Below are positions 25,952-38,800 of a stretch of DNA of 64,000 bases, one piece after another. The notes beneath the pieces are model-generated. The model had not been told where the DNA came from, did not search any database, and worked only from the letters and a program-made list of their open reading frames with translations. Numbering within the stretch: position 1 is the first letter of the stretch; each line of letters begins with the position of its first letter. The stretch lies in the NCBI GenBank assembly GCA_051530055.1, contig CM121341.1, positions 13,866,784 through 13,930,783 on the forward strand, written 5' to 3'. The translations under genes were made by a program, and so were the position numbers. This stretch comes from Neoechinorhynchus agilis. Taxonomy: Eukaryota > Animalia > Acanthocephala.

Positions 25952-26510
25952 TTACTTTCTAATTTTGCCCATCGTATTCTTTTCCTTGGAAAGTTTCTCC
26001 CGCCTCCTTAATGCACCCTCCAAATTGCTTATTGCTCGTTCCCAAGAATCACTCGAACTGAGATTTAACTCACGATTTCTCATGTTCTCCATAAACCTAA
26101 AAAATTGCCCTTTTCTATTTCAAACTCGTCGTACATTGAACTAACCGAAATTTATAGACGGCTTCAGCATAGGGTCGTCCAAGTCTTTGTTCCCTTCTCA
26201 GTGCTTTCTCCAATTCCCTGCACTTTGGACACAAAGCTTCTAGGCAGCTACATTGCAGGCTGTGCAATTCAAAGCTCATCGTTTTTTGTATGTGAGCTTC
26301 GATATGAGACATAGCGGTTGCCATAGGAACCTAGTACGGTTCTATGCCAAAAATGGGTGTAAAACGTTTTAGCGACCAAAAAATCTTTGAATCGGCTGTA
26401 AGTACTCCGTTTTAATTCGACGTTATATTCTAAAAACCCTCTTTTTCGCATTTGCTGAACAAAATCGTTCACTGGGATATTGAAGGTATCATCGTTTCTG
26501 GTGACTCTAA
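25952..26510 (-). CDS. Uncharacterised multi-exon protein
   Basis: ORF pieces join through short GT-AG introns (DFL/VPMAT...; YKFR/FMENM...) to a TAA at 25952; start unresolved. Confidence 0.5.
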
Positions 26511-26740
26511 CTTCGGTTTTTATCTTTTGCTAATTCAGTTGGATCATTTCGTATTAGAAATCCAAATTATTTTTTCATCTGTGGATTTATAAAACGATTT
26601 GTTAGATCTCTATTTATTTGAAGGGTCGAATATTATATACACATCTCTCAATTCGTGAACGACAATTTATACGTGGGTCAACCATAGTCCAAAAAGGATT
26701 AGTTTATTGCATCAAATTTAAACGGATCATTTTTTTGCAT

Positions 26741-27817
26741 TTACAGAACGGTTTCCTGAAAACGATTAAACATAACAGCAGAAGCGATATCTCGGGTTTT
26801 TGTCGTCTCTGCATTTTCATTTGGGGCGATGAAGTTGGACGGGTAGTAGTGTGGCTGGTAACTTAACAAATTATTGTTACAAAGGGACGGTAAACTCGTG
26901 TAGGAACTGGAGGAATCAACGAATGAAGAATTTCTAGAGTCGCGTTCAATCTCACTTATGTTCAACTCGTTTGGGAATAGACCACATGATTCTCGACTTA
27001 GAATGCTGTCACTTCGTTTTGTCCACTCGGATGAGAAATTCGATCCCGTGTTAACACTCAAAAGCGATCCACTTGTTCTACGATTCGTTGGTGAATATAT
27101 ACGGTTATTTGACGATGAAATCGATGCACCGCCACTATCTTGACGGTATCTATTCTCGATGGAATTCGCGTGTACTAGTCGTAGTTGACTTGGCGGTTTG
27201 CTGCTGCCGTCGCCAAATGATTGAGTGCTTTGTGACATACCATCGCCATAGGATTGGAAATCTGTAAGGTTTGAGCTTCTTACTGGATCCGAGACGTTTC
27301 GCCTTGAAGGCTGAAATGGAGTAAAGGCACTGAATTCACTGCCAATCCTTGGTAATGACACGTAACATGATTTTGATGACTGAAAAGGAATAAGGCGGTA
27401 AGTATTTTCTTTAAAATTTAGCGATAACGATGATGTTGGTGGGATCGATGGTTCAGGTCTTCTTAGGGTTGATTTGTATCTGACACGCCAAGGCGAATGC
27501 AGATCCTTAACGATGCTGGACCGGTGGAAAGTTGTTTTAGAGAAACTGGTAAATCCTCGCGAGCGGTTGCAAGTGGAGGAAGATACAACTGATCTGGTTC
27601 TTTCCTCCACTACGGTAAACGTTGAACGCCGTTGCACAGCAGTACATTTTACCTTAGACGGTGAACGGTCTGAGTAGTGTAAGTAGCCCGTTGTCGACGA
27701 AACTTTAGAAGTTGAAGTTTGATTATTTTGTTGCTTGCTGGGTTTCGGGCTAACGGTCTTTGAAGATTTTTTCGAAGTTTTCCTTCGAGGTCTCATAAAA
27801 CAAAATAAGCAACTCAT
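26741..27817 (-). CDS. Ser/Arg-rich, probably disordered protein; N-terminal MSCLFCF may be lipidated
   Basis: Intronless 358-codon ORF with low-complexity composition. Confidence 0.7.
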   Translation of the reverse strand: MSCLFCFMRPRRKTSKKSSKTVSPKPSKQQNNQTSTSKVSSTTGYLHYSDRSPSKVKCTAVQRRSTFTVVEERTRSVVSSSTCNRSRGFTSFSKTTFHRSSIVKDLHSPWRVRYKSTLRRPEPSIPPTSSLSLNFKENTYRLIPFQSSKSCYVSLPRIGSEFSAFTPFQPSRRNVSDPVRSSNLTDFQSYGDGMSQSTQSFGDGSSKPPSQLRLVHANSIENRYRQDSGGASISSSNNRIYSPTNRRTSGSLLSVNTGSNFSSEWTKRSDSILSRESCGLFPNELNISEIERDSRNSSFVDSSSSYTSLPSLCNNNLLSYQPHYYPSNFIAPNENAETTKTRDIASAVMFNRFQETVL

Positions 27818-28564
27818 ATTATCTAAAAGTTTAGACGCAGGCGTGTTCGTTTATTTATTTCAGATAAAGTTGAAGGACAGATTGCGCGATTTTGTCCGCT
27901 TTGCAATTCCGAAGAAATACTAAAAGACAATTGTAGTCACGTTTGGCAAAAAATATTGCGCTTCAGAGAGTACAAGATGGCTTATGTACTCTAGTTTACA
28001 AATGCTTAATGAATATTTTTTGCAATCTACAACTCCGCGGAGGTTCAGACTCACTTGGACGCGATAAATAAGGGGCGATCGGTAGCAGCAATGCCGCATA
28101 CTTTTTAACCAATCTTGATGGGATTTACAAGAAATAAGTAAAAATTTGGACTTTTAAGAAAGTTGTGTTGATCGCAAGAAACGAGGAAATTTTAGAAACA
28201 TTTCTGTTTCGTGGTGAACAAAATGATTGCGTTCACCGATAAGGTTATTTCTTATTCACTTTATACTGATTATGAAAAGATTAGCAAGATACCGAAGGCG
28301 TACATATTTGATTCTGAATGTCCTGTTTGGTAGTAAGAAGTCAGAAAAAGGACTGTTTAACATACGTGCTATATTGCCTATCTAACATTTTAGCATTGAA
28401 GAATGCACAAGTTGTTTTATTTTTATCGTGATTTTGAAAAGCTGGAACTGTTAGACATTCGGGCAACATATTGCGATAAACTCCGGTTACGAAATTGGAA
28501 TTTTCGAAAGTTGATCACACAGCCCGCCGGGAAAATTATCGGCTTTAAATGATTCAATCACTAC

Positions 28565-28670
28565 CATGACCCAGATCGGTAGGCTGCGTGCCCAACAAAA
28601 AATTATCAGCTGTGTAAGGAATGTTCACTTCAACACTTAGAGAAAATATCTAACTGGCTGGCCAGAAAGT
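28565..28670 (+). repeat. Partial copy of hairpin element family A
   Basis: ccagatcggtaggctgcgtgccca...aattatcagc...ctggctggccag matches the right arm and tail of 42350-42445 and 60865-60945. Confidence 0.7.
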
Positions 28671-31534
28671 AAAAGTGAAATGAAACTTAATAGGAGATTA
28701 TGAGAGCTCAATGACCAAAGCAGCGTTTATCTGAAAGATACCAGTTTAGGAAATCTAAGACAAATGCGCGGTATTCATTTTGTGTCCATCAAAGAAATCA
28801 TATTTTCGTCCCTATTCGATAGATCTCCCATTGCAGAAAACGAACAAAATGGCGATCGAAAAACTGTCGTCCGCAGCCTGATGATATAGTTGCAGAAGTC
28901 TAATCAAATTATGCATGCTCTTCATAGCATGCTTGGGAAATTGGTTGGAACAACAGACGCCATTCGCGCCTAAAAGTGGTTAGTGAATTTCTAGAATCCA
29001 CACGCATACGGAAATTTTTCTAAATTGAAGAGAATCATTACTGAGAAAGAGAGAACCAAGCGTAAATAGGAGATGACAAGTGTGATAAAAATGGGACTTG
29101 GCGTTTGATACGAGAACTGACCCAAGTTATGCAATGGTTGAATCCTCGCTCCTAAAGGGTATAAGACTAGCCAATAGACACGTCTCAAGCACTCTGTGAT
29201 GTCTGGACATAGTGCTCTTCAGGGGCCCATATCAAGCCAAAAAGACTTCTGACGTGACGGGGTCATCGAAACGCAGTGATCGCTGAAATTCTAAGGGTGA
29301 TACCGGATGAACTTCTATAAATAATACTTTTGACAAAAGACTTCGAAATAGTACGTCTATTTTCAATTTGTTATGTGTATTTTTTGTTAAGCACTGGCAA
29401 TTTTAAGATAATGTTTGTGTCTTTGTGATTAAATGCAGCTACTTCACCCATGAACAACTTTTCTCGGTTGGCTCTAACATTATAGAAAAATCAGATTGTA
29501 ACAGACTGCTAACTGAAGCAAATATGGGCTTGCAAAACGGTGAATGTATGTTCAATGAGCTCTAACTGTTACATGAGCCCACGCTTTCTAACTTACAGCT
29601 GCTGCTCGTATTCTCCCGTCATCTCGGGACGACCTCATCAAATGAACTCTATGTAATTTTTACACGAAAGGTCGTCTATTCATTGACACTACACATATAT
29701 AATCAAAATCCAAGATTCGAAGACAAAAGCTATTCATTTGTAGTGATAAAATAAAGGAGGTGACATACTAAACTATCAAGAAAAAGGGTTGGTCTCATGC
29801 CCGTAAACCAAATTTTTATACTGTCCAACAAACATCGTTATAGTAAGATTTGAAACACTTGCCTCATTTGGAATGGACCAACTTTAAGCAATTGTCGATA
29901 TCGAATAATGCATCTACCGCCTCAATATCAGTGTTTTGTTGCTGTTGTTGAAAAACCGCTTGCTAGAAACAAACTTTATAGTCAAAACGAGAATAGACGA
30001 TAGAGTGCAAGGGAAGTTGTATTTATGCCAATGATCTTAAGTACCAATCATACAGAATTTGGTACAACGGACTAGAAAAAAGAGACGGAAATCTAGAATT
30101 CCATCGATGCGCTTCTACGAAAAGTCGCTATATGAATTGATTTGTTGTGTACGGGAAACGCAAGCAATCAGTCAACCTTGACTCCTAGCAGCAGTTTCTT
30201 GTCATAAAATGAATAAATTTAAGGTTGTTGAAATTTTAGGCGGCTTAGCACAAAAGCGACTCAGAGAATAGTCTCGAATTTTAAAATTAATTTAAGAATT
30301 GTACTTCGTAAAAAATTAAATCAGCATGATCCAGACTCTTTCTGATGAGGATTAATGGCAATTCCTGTCTGGAATGCGAGGACGGCTAGTCATTTTGTGT
30401 TTGGATGGGTGCACAAGTTCGTTGCAGAGATCCATCGTTCCAAATTGCACGATTAAATGACTCGCATCCGGAATGCCGTCAATATTTGTACGTTGATTGA
30501 AGAACGACTGTAGCTAAGAATATCCCTAAGATATAAAAGGATCAGTGGCGTGTCGAGCACTCAGCGCACTGCTTGCTTCGACGATGTGCAGCCGAGCATT
30601 CTTGGCAGGTTTGACAGCAGGTGTCTTGTTTTAAGACAAAACTGTGAGGCACTTCTCGCGGACGGCATTGCTACGGACAGGGTCGCCTTGACCGGAAATG
30701 TCTTTGAGACTTCACTCGCGACTCCAACGAATTAACATACAGCGTTTGCCTTTAAATTTTCCTACAAAGACAATATACAAAAGATGTATTTAGACTTTTG
30801 ATTACAAGTACCCACTTATAGATAATAGAAGTCTCGTGTTTGATCTTTTAGGCGATGTGGGGAACTTCTCATGTAAAAGTCTGAGATCAACACTATGAAT
30901 GGACCCTTTTTTCAATGAATTGATTTTTTAAGCGCAAGGGAACGTTTCCTTCGCATTATTGTCCCTTTTGGAGTCGAAACACATGGAATCGTAAATGATC
31001 CGCATTAATTTCAAGTCAAGACATTGGCGGTAGCGAGATAATGCAGTGTTCTGCTATCTATGGACTGGGAAATTGTTTCTCTGGAATTGAGTTTGGAAGA
31101 TGATTTTGTATGGCTCACTTCTTGAAAAGAAAACCTTTTCATTAATTATCGGTACATATTCCATGCAGATCACAAAGTTTTCCGGATCTGTCTTGGGCTG
31201 CCGGTTGTCTTAGGAGCTTCATTAGTCAATCAACAATTACCAAAATGAATTAACTTCCCCATATCTGCAATTACTATCGATGAACTTGGCCGTGAATAAA
31301 TACGAAATTAATACGAAGTTCAGAGGTAAATAAAACTCAAAATCAACTTGAGCTTCATCTTCAATGGCAAAATATCAACAAACAATCGCTCAATTTATAG
31401 GTATTACACATTTACTCAATAATCAATATTTTCCTTTCTGTTGACGGTCGAAATGACGTCGTTCAAAAATGCTCTAGAAAAACCGAGTGATTAGATAAAA
31501 GGTTGTAGAGAAGTGACTAAATCCGAACCGAAAA

Positions 31535-31888
31535 ATGAAAACCTTTCTCGTCTTTCTTGCTCTTTTCTCCGTGGTGGTTGCTGTCGTCCAGAAACGAGGA
31601 GCTTACGAGGCAGCTTCTCCCTCAGAACTCGCAACTTACGTCCGTGGGGTGGCGTGGGCAATGACCTCGAGAACTTGTGGAGTAGATATTGCCAATCTTC
31701 CACCGACACTTAAGAACGGACAAACTCTTCTTATTCAGTTCAAAGTGACCAGTCCAGTCATCGAAGACATGATCTATGAAATAGAAGTAGACGTGGAACC
31801 AGCGAGATTTGTTCTCCTAAGTCTGAATTACCTAAATCCACAGCTTTACAAAGTCGTGGATGCGTCTTGTGCTAAAGGATCACAATGA
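31535..31888 (+). CDS. Small secreted protein, possibly a divergent cystatin-like fold
   Basis: Signal peptide MKTFLVFLALFSVVVA, two Cys, helix followed by beta-strand pattern; no QxVxG motif, so the fold call is weak. Confidence 0.7.
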   Translation: MKTFLVFLALFSVVVAVVQKRGAYEAASPSELATYVRGVAWAMTSRTCGVDIANLPPTLKNGQTLLIQFKVTSPVIEDMIYEIEVDVEPARFVLLSLNYLNPQLYKVVDASCAKGSQ

Positions 31889-32106
31889 ACCACATAATGT
31901 GAAAGTGACTAGTTTGAAGATGTCTGAGATTAGTACTTATCGCTTCTTAAACATTAAAATTTATTAATTCATTTATACTCAATGAGATCACAGTTGCGAG
32001 GCCCAATTAAAGCACTTAGTGTTTTCCTTTTAAAAATTAGGTGCAGCATAATGATATTTTTGACATAAAGAAAACATCGCATAAAGACCAATCGTTTATT
32101 TATTAC

Positions 32107-32997
32107 TCAACTTAATGTCACGACCTGTGAATCCGACTTCTTTACTCGGTTAAATTTTTCACCGTTTGTCAAATAACGCGTCCAGTAACGCGGAGCAAGT
32201 TGCAAGAAGTTTTCATGTAAATTAATGTCAACCCATTGACTCTCATTATGAGCTTGATTTGCTGCGCAATAAAAGAAGAACCGATCGTTATTTGCAATTG
32301 GTGTTATGCCGAAAACATCAGCGAGGATTCCCAGTCGTGCGTCGTATGAATGCGATTTCAGTAAATGATAGTTCAAATAGAATAATTCAGCATAATCGGC
32401 GGACAAGAGAATAGCTCCGCCTCGTACATATGGCAAAAAATTTTGCTTTTTTAATTGATAAAATACAACGTATCCCGTATAAATGGATTTTCTAACATTT
32501 CCGAGGAACTCCTTAAACTCCTTTGGTAACAAAATATGCGTATCGTCGGTTATGAAACACAATGCTTGGATTGTACCCATTGAGCAGTACTGAAGGGCCC
32601 TTTCCGTTTTCTCGGTCATACTTTTTACCTCGTCATTGTGACCACAAAGAAGAAGATCATTATGTTCGTCGATCTCTCGCCAAATAGAAACCATTACATC
32701 CAAACTTTTTGGACGACCGACGATGAACTTTAAGTCCATATGACGATGAAGCATAGACAGCACCGACATGCTCGTCTGTCGAATGAACGATCGATGTATC
32801 GAATTCTTAACCGAAGACCGAATTAATATCTTTAGATTCACTTGTGACCCGTTGATAAAAGATGGTTTAACTATGCCTCGATTGGAGAGAAACAATCTAT
32901 GATTTTTGATATTCACGACGATATTTCCGAGCATTAGAAATAAGATCGTAAGAAGGATTGCTTTGATTCCAACTAAAGCGTATGAGTAACTTTGCAT
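32107..32997 (-). CDS. GT31-family beta-1,3-glycosyltransferase (B3GALT/brainiac-like), intronless
   Basis: N-terminal TM anchor, ILIRSS..N...R..IRQT, FIVG, E...HNDLL, FITDDT, YVRGGAILLS, YDARLGI. Confidence 0.85.
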   Translation of the reverse strand: MQSYSYALVGIKAILLTILFLMLGNIVVNIKNHRLFLSNRGIVKPSFINGSQVNLKILIRSSVKNSIHRSFIRQTSMSVLSMLHRHMDLKFIVGRPKSLDVMVSIWREIDEHNDLLLCGHNDEVKSMTEKTERALQYCSMGTIQALCFITDDTHILLPKEFKEFLGNVRKSIYTGYVVFYQLKKQNFLPYVRGGAILLSADYAELFYLNYHLLKSHSYDARLGILADVFGITPIANNDRFFFYCAANQAHNESQWVDINLHENFLQLAPRYWTRYLTNGEKFNRVKKSDSQVVTLS

Positions 32998-33865
32998 TAA
33001 CTTCAGATAAAATTGAAGCAGGTTTTATCCTTCTACTGATCTGATAACATGGCATATGTTACGGAATCATACGTGATCTTACTATTCTACAAATCTTAAA
33101 CTTCGTAATTTTTAGTCGCAAATATAGGACAAAATCATTGCAGCATTCTGAAGCTTTGCGAGAGAAAATCCTACAATTTCCAATTGTTTCCATTGTGTGT
33201 GTTTTGATCAATCGACTAAACTTCAAACTATTACCCTTCACTCTTAATAAAAAATCCTAAACCTCAGTTTTGTTTATAATCACAAAAATATAATGGACGC
33301 TGACGAAATATAATAATAGAAAATGTTTCCGGAGTTGTTGAGCAATTGAACGCGTTCAAGTTCGAGCTGTTCTCGACTTCTAATAACGATCCAGTTTTGT
33401 TCATTCTTAACATAAGTACAATGGATGTTCAATAACATTGAAGAGTATTAAATGTAATGAGCAATTGAACGTATAGAGTTTTGTAATCGCAGGTGGTTCG
33501 TTGGGTACGTATTATACGTGTAAAAAACAATTGCTTATTGATGAGCAAATTTCGATTTAAATCCCTTATCGGCTCCGATTAAAGCTTAAGCCACATTTCT
33601 ACGTTTAGTGTCTCCATTTCGTTAATTAAAAACCTTGGAAAGAGATATGGGCTTACGGGTTCGAGGACATATATATGAGGATGTTCAAATCGGTCCTAAC
33701 CATGAAAATTAGTTTTAAGCTTTGGTTCTCTTGAGTGTTGCTCGATACAAACGATTGAATTTATTAGAAACAATCGCATGCCTTTTCATTCGCCACTGCT
33801 GTACAATCAGCGGCAAACAATCGTCCCATCAATCAAACAATATTTTCAGCGTGGTGCATTTTTGA

Positions 33866-34192
33866 TTAATCGTCGTCTTCATCATTGATTCCAACCACAT
33901 TAAGGTCTTGTACCATTTTGTGAGCTTCTGTTCTCAACACAGGTCCACATACGACATATAGGAAAGCTACAAAAGCGATTGCGGATAATACTATGATTAG
34001 CAAAAAACTTGTTATGTTTGGCGGATTATAAATGATCATTTGATGGGAATCATTCTTTGTTTCTTCGGTTATTACACGTGCTATTGTGGCATTTCGAGTG
34101 GTGCTCAATTGTGTAGCGTTGATTCCATAAGAAACTGCTTGAGTAATATTCCGGTGAACAATAAATCGCTTCGCAGTATTTACTACAGGCAT
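33866..34192 (-). CDS. Small single-pass membrane glycoprotein
   Basis: 108 aa; five NxS/T sequons before the TM segment FLLIIVLSAIAFVAFLYVVCG; acidic tail. Confidence 0.6.
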   Translation of the reverse strand: MPVVNTAKRFIVHRNITQAVSYGINATQLSTTRNATIARVITEETKNDSHQMIIYNPPNITSFLLIIVLSAIAFVAFLYVVCGPVLRTEAHKMVQDLNVVGINDEDDD

Positions 34193-34444
34193 TTCCGAGT
34201 CTAAAAGGCTTTTTAATGTAAGTGGTTAGTTTGAAAAGGCAGGAAAGAGTAAGATGCTTCTTAAAGTATTCTATTCTCGAAATGTCAACTGCATTTAATT
34301 AAAGCGCCATGCCAATGGTGCTATAGGGAACGATTTGATAAAATTTTCAAGCCGTGGAGTCTTTTTCAAACCGAACTGTAGGAGCTAATTTATTTGGTCT
34401 AATGACTTTCATGCCGTAGATTGAAAATCTGATAGTCGAAAAAC

Positions 34445-34484
34445 GGAAATCTTTTGGAAATCTTTTGGAAATCTTTTGGAAATC
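34445..34484. repeat. Tandem 11-mer GGAAATCTTTT, about 3.6 copies
   Basis: Directly visible. Confidence 0.9.
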
Positions 34485-35893
34485 GTAAAAGTCTTGAGTG
34501 GGTCTGAGACAAAGTGGAAATAGGCACTTTGTGTTATTAGGAAAGAGCCTACGTGACAGTGGTTTTGCCAACTAATTGCTCAAAACAAAGATAATCATGA
34601 ATTTTTAAGACATCCAGAAAATCAGAGCGTTTGAATTTTTCCACCTTACCATGGAATCACAATTTCGTCTGACGATGAATACTGATTATATATGTTTATG
34701 AAACATTAAAGTATCTAAAAAGTATCAATGATCGAGTTACACGCTAAATCGCGTTCACGTCTAACTGATTAATTTTATTTCTCAGAAATACGTATTTAAA
34801 TCCATCAATGGAAATTTTTATGTTCAGCGAAAGGAATCTAATAACGCGACATTGACGACTAATTTTACACTTGTATAATAGTGACGGCATTTTGCTTATT
34901 TTTAGTGGTCGATTATCCACGGTTAAAAGTGTACCCGGCGACTTTTTTAAATAAAAAAGGAAAAATAAGTATATAGATGCAATGTCTTAAAAACGAATCA
35001 CATTTAAAGTTCTTTTCAGAAGTAAATGGATATTTTAGGTGATTTACAGTCGCTATAAGTCGATGAATGAGAGGAAAGATCGGACAAACAATCTACGACG
35101 GCATCTTCAATCTCTTTTCAGTAGGTCGAGCGTGTCACAAATCTCACTTAATGTAGTATCGCGATTATCGTAAACCAACTTTTTAAAAGTCACGTATGTC
35201 ATTTGCAATAGCCTCAAAAGGTACACTTAGTGATCGTGTCTACGAATCCTAGTTATTTGGAAATACAATTTCTATATTTAGATACCACATTGTTAAGACT
35301 AGATAAGGTCATGACATTTAAGATCAATTTATGAGAGTCCTTTAAGTAAGGATCCGAGCGGAAACCTCAAAATCCTTCTTTTATTCATATATTTCATCAT
35401 TCCCTGGTTATGTTAATTAAACAAGACAGGTGGCACACTTGAGCCAATGTTTTCTCAACATCCATGCCACATAAATATGGTGCATGCTTGAGATGATGAA
35501 CCCATTTTATGGCACACCATCATTTCCTTCGCACTTATCATTACTTGTGCTTCGGGCGGCACGAAAACCAAAGAAAATGCAGGTGAGAACCATTGAAAAT
35601 TGAATCCCGGAGCATTCAAGTTCGACATAAGCGATCAATACGAGCAAAAAATATGCCCGGATTGAGCGAACCTTAAGTGATCAATTTTACTGAACATTTA
35701 TTAAGAACAGAAACAAAAGTAATCGAATGCGTTATTTACATTTTCTTGTTAGCTTAGGAAAGTATGTTGTGTGGATAATTTTAGAAAAAGAGAATGCTTG
35801 ACTGGCCGTCAATTTTTTTTATGTTATCTCTCATACGAAGATAAGATAAGCTGACAAGTCGACGAACTAAGAGAGGATTACTCGTCCTGCGTT

Positions 35894-38800
35894 TGATGTA
35901 AATAACCTGGCAAAATCCACGAAAATGCTCTGGAATTCGTCCACTTAGCTAATTTTTATTTGACGGAACATAAAGCACGAATAAGAGGCTCAAAAAGTTT
36001 TGTGAGCATATATAAAGGATGCATCTCATTAACTGTCTTTTTAGCTGGCAATCACACTTGACAATAGTCTCTAAGGCGAAAGTTTCAGTTGTTAACAGAC
36101 TTGGACGTGTAGTGGATGCATGAGGGGAAAACTTTATGCAGCACCAAAAAACTGACAGCTTGTATACTTTCAATTATTAGCAAATTTCGTTTAAATAAGA
36201 TGGATAAACAGACGCATAATATAGTATATTATAATGTCCTGGTAATTCGCAATAATCGAACCGCTTTCTTGGATGACCGATTTGTACGTTCCTCCGATTC
36301 CACTCATTGAGATTTTTCTTAGATTATTATTATTATTCTTGAACGATGTTAGATTTTGCATTATTTTAAGAGCGAACAAAGGCGTAAATACTGAATGGTA
36401 AGGCATATACAAGGCTTTTATTTGTAGTCTTGATTGAAAAAATTGGAAAGACCAACGTGATATTTGCTCATATTATTCGGTAAGTTTTAGTTAAATATCA
36501 TGCAAGAATGTCCCAACATCGGGTTTTACTCCAATTAGTCTATAATGCATTCTTTCAATCATTTTCAGTAGAGTGATTTGTCTTGAAAGGGGACGAGCTT
36601 TTAAAGGTACAAAATGGAAAATCAAATGCTGACTTTTTCACACTGCATTTGTTTGCTGGAACACATTACTTTGTATCATAGAGAATTGTCGTCGGGGTGA
36701 ATTTGATTCGAGTTTGGCGATGTTTTTCCCCCGGATTGTTGTTGGTGTTGATTATTTATTTTAAAATATTTCGTAAGCATCCTTAGCGATTTCCAATCGA
36801 CAGGAGAAGGAAAAACACCGTATGGACTTCGGACAAGCATCAATAATACAGGCTGAGGCTAATTTACGAAGGAGATTGGTAATGGAGGCAATATACATCA
36901 CAGGGAATGTAAGCATGGAGGGTAACAAAGCGAATCATACGCTAGTACTTCCGAAAATTCTTCACAAAATAAAACCAAAACGTTAGATCACCGCAGCTTG
37001 TACGTCGAACCCGCGCATCCACGCCTATAGTCCAGTTTTGACTTTAGCTTAATTTGTAGACATAACTGAAGAGGTAAGCAAAAAACTTACGATATATTTT
37101 AAAATAAATGATTAACATCAACAACAATCCGAGGGAAAAGCATCGCCAATGTCGAAAAATTACTTTGTGTTCGCAAAACTCTTCGTTCGCGGAAAATATA
37201 TGTTGTTGTGTAGATATCCATTTATGAAGTAATTATGATGGTGAACTGAAGGAAAAAAATTATGAATATATTAATCAGAATTTTCGACCAATGCGTTGGT
37301 CTTCTTCAGTGATTGTCAGGAGAGGAAAATACAAGTAAGCTTTGTCAAATGTCTATGGATTTTTTGAATTTATCTTTTCAGACATAAGGAATCGTGAATT
37401 TTATTCGTACTATGGAACGTGAAACTAAGCGGATTTCCATCGCTCATGGTTCATGTTTGATAGATTTTCTCATGAAAATGCTTTGCAGATTTTCTAGAGC
37501 TGAAACAGTTCTTTAAGGAAATTAGAGTGCGTCCCATTTAGCATCATTTAATAAGGTCAGTTTGTTCCATGGTCATGTTAGGAAAAACTTATCATTTTTG
37601 AATTAGTCAAACGGACAAAAATCAGTCTATTAAAAACGGAATGGGGAAATTTTGTTCTTAGTTAAAAACGAACGCTATCAAAGTCATTGTATTTGCGTTT
37701 CATCAAATTTTTACACCATGCTTGATTTGAATCCGAAGCGATCACTGAGAAATAGTTTCCGAGCCGTGTTATTCATGCTGTTGAAAACTATATTTAAAAA
37801 ATCTAATGTTTTCACTTCCAATATCGCTAATAATAAAATCAAAGTTCCCGCAATATGAATTAATGTCTCTCTAAGGATCAAGATATAGCTTTCTCCGTGA
37901 CCCTTATACCACCGTAAGGGATTTACTTATCTTGTGCGTTTTGTCAGCGTCTAGCCATTTTGCAAACACCCACATACAACACTGTATGCACTTGCATAAG
38001 ACGAGTGGGAAAACAAGACTGTAGCGTTTCACATCTCGAAAGGTGATGTAAATAACCTGGCAAAATCCACGAAAATGCTCTGGAATTCGTCCACTTAGCT
38101 AATTTTTATTTGACGGAACATAAAGCACGAATAAGAGGCTCAAAAAGTTTTGTGAGCATATATAAAGGATGCATCTCATTAACTGTCTTTTTAGCTGGCA
38201 ATCACACTTGACAATAGTCTCTAAGGCGAAAGTTTCAGTTGTTAACAGACTTGGACGTGTAGTGGATGCATGAGGGGAAAACTTTATGCAGCACCAAAAA
38301 ACTGACAGCTTGTATACTTTCAATTATTAGCAAATTTCGTTTAAATAAGATGGATAAACAGACGCATAATATAGTATATTATAATGTCCTGGTAATTCGC
38401 AATAATCGAACCGCTTTCTTGGATGACCGATTTGTACGTTCCTCCGATTCCACTCATTGAGATTTTTCTTAGATTATTATTATTATTCTTGAACGATGTT
38501 AGATTTTGCATTATTTTAAGAGCGAACAAAGGCGTAAATACTGAATGGTAAGGCATATACAAGGCTTTTATTTGTAGTCTTGATTGAAAAAATTGGAAAG
38601 ACCAACGTGATATTTGCTCATATTATTCGGTAAGTTTTAGTTAAATATCATGCAAGAATGTCCCAACATCGGGTTTTACTCCAATTAGTCTATAATGCAT
38701 TCTTTCAATCATTTTCAGTAGAGTGATTTGTCTTGAAAGGGGACGAGCTTTTAAAGGTACAAAATGGAAAATCAAATGCTGACTTTTTCACACTGCATTT

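Noticed and set aside
30380-30740. GC-richer stretch with SHLIVQFGTMDL on the minus strand resembling a LINE ORF1 SGNH esterase
   Set aside because: Single short motif amid stops; not enough to call.
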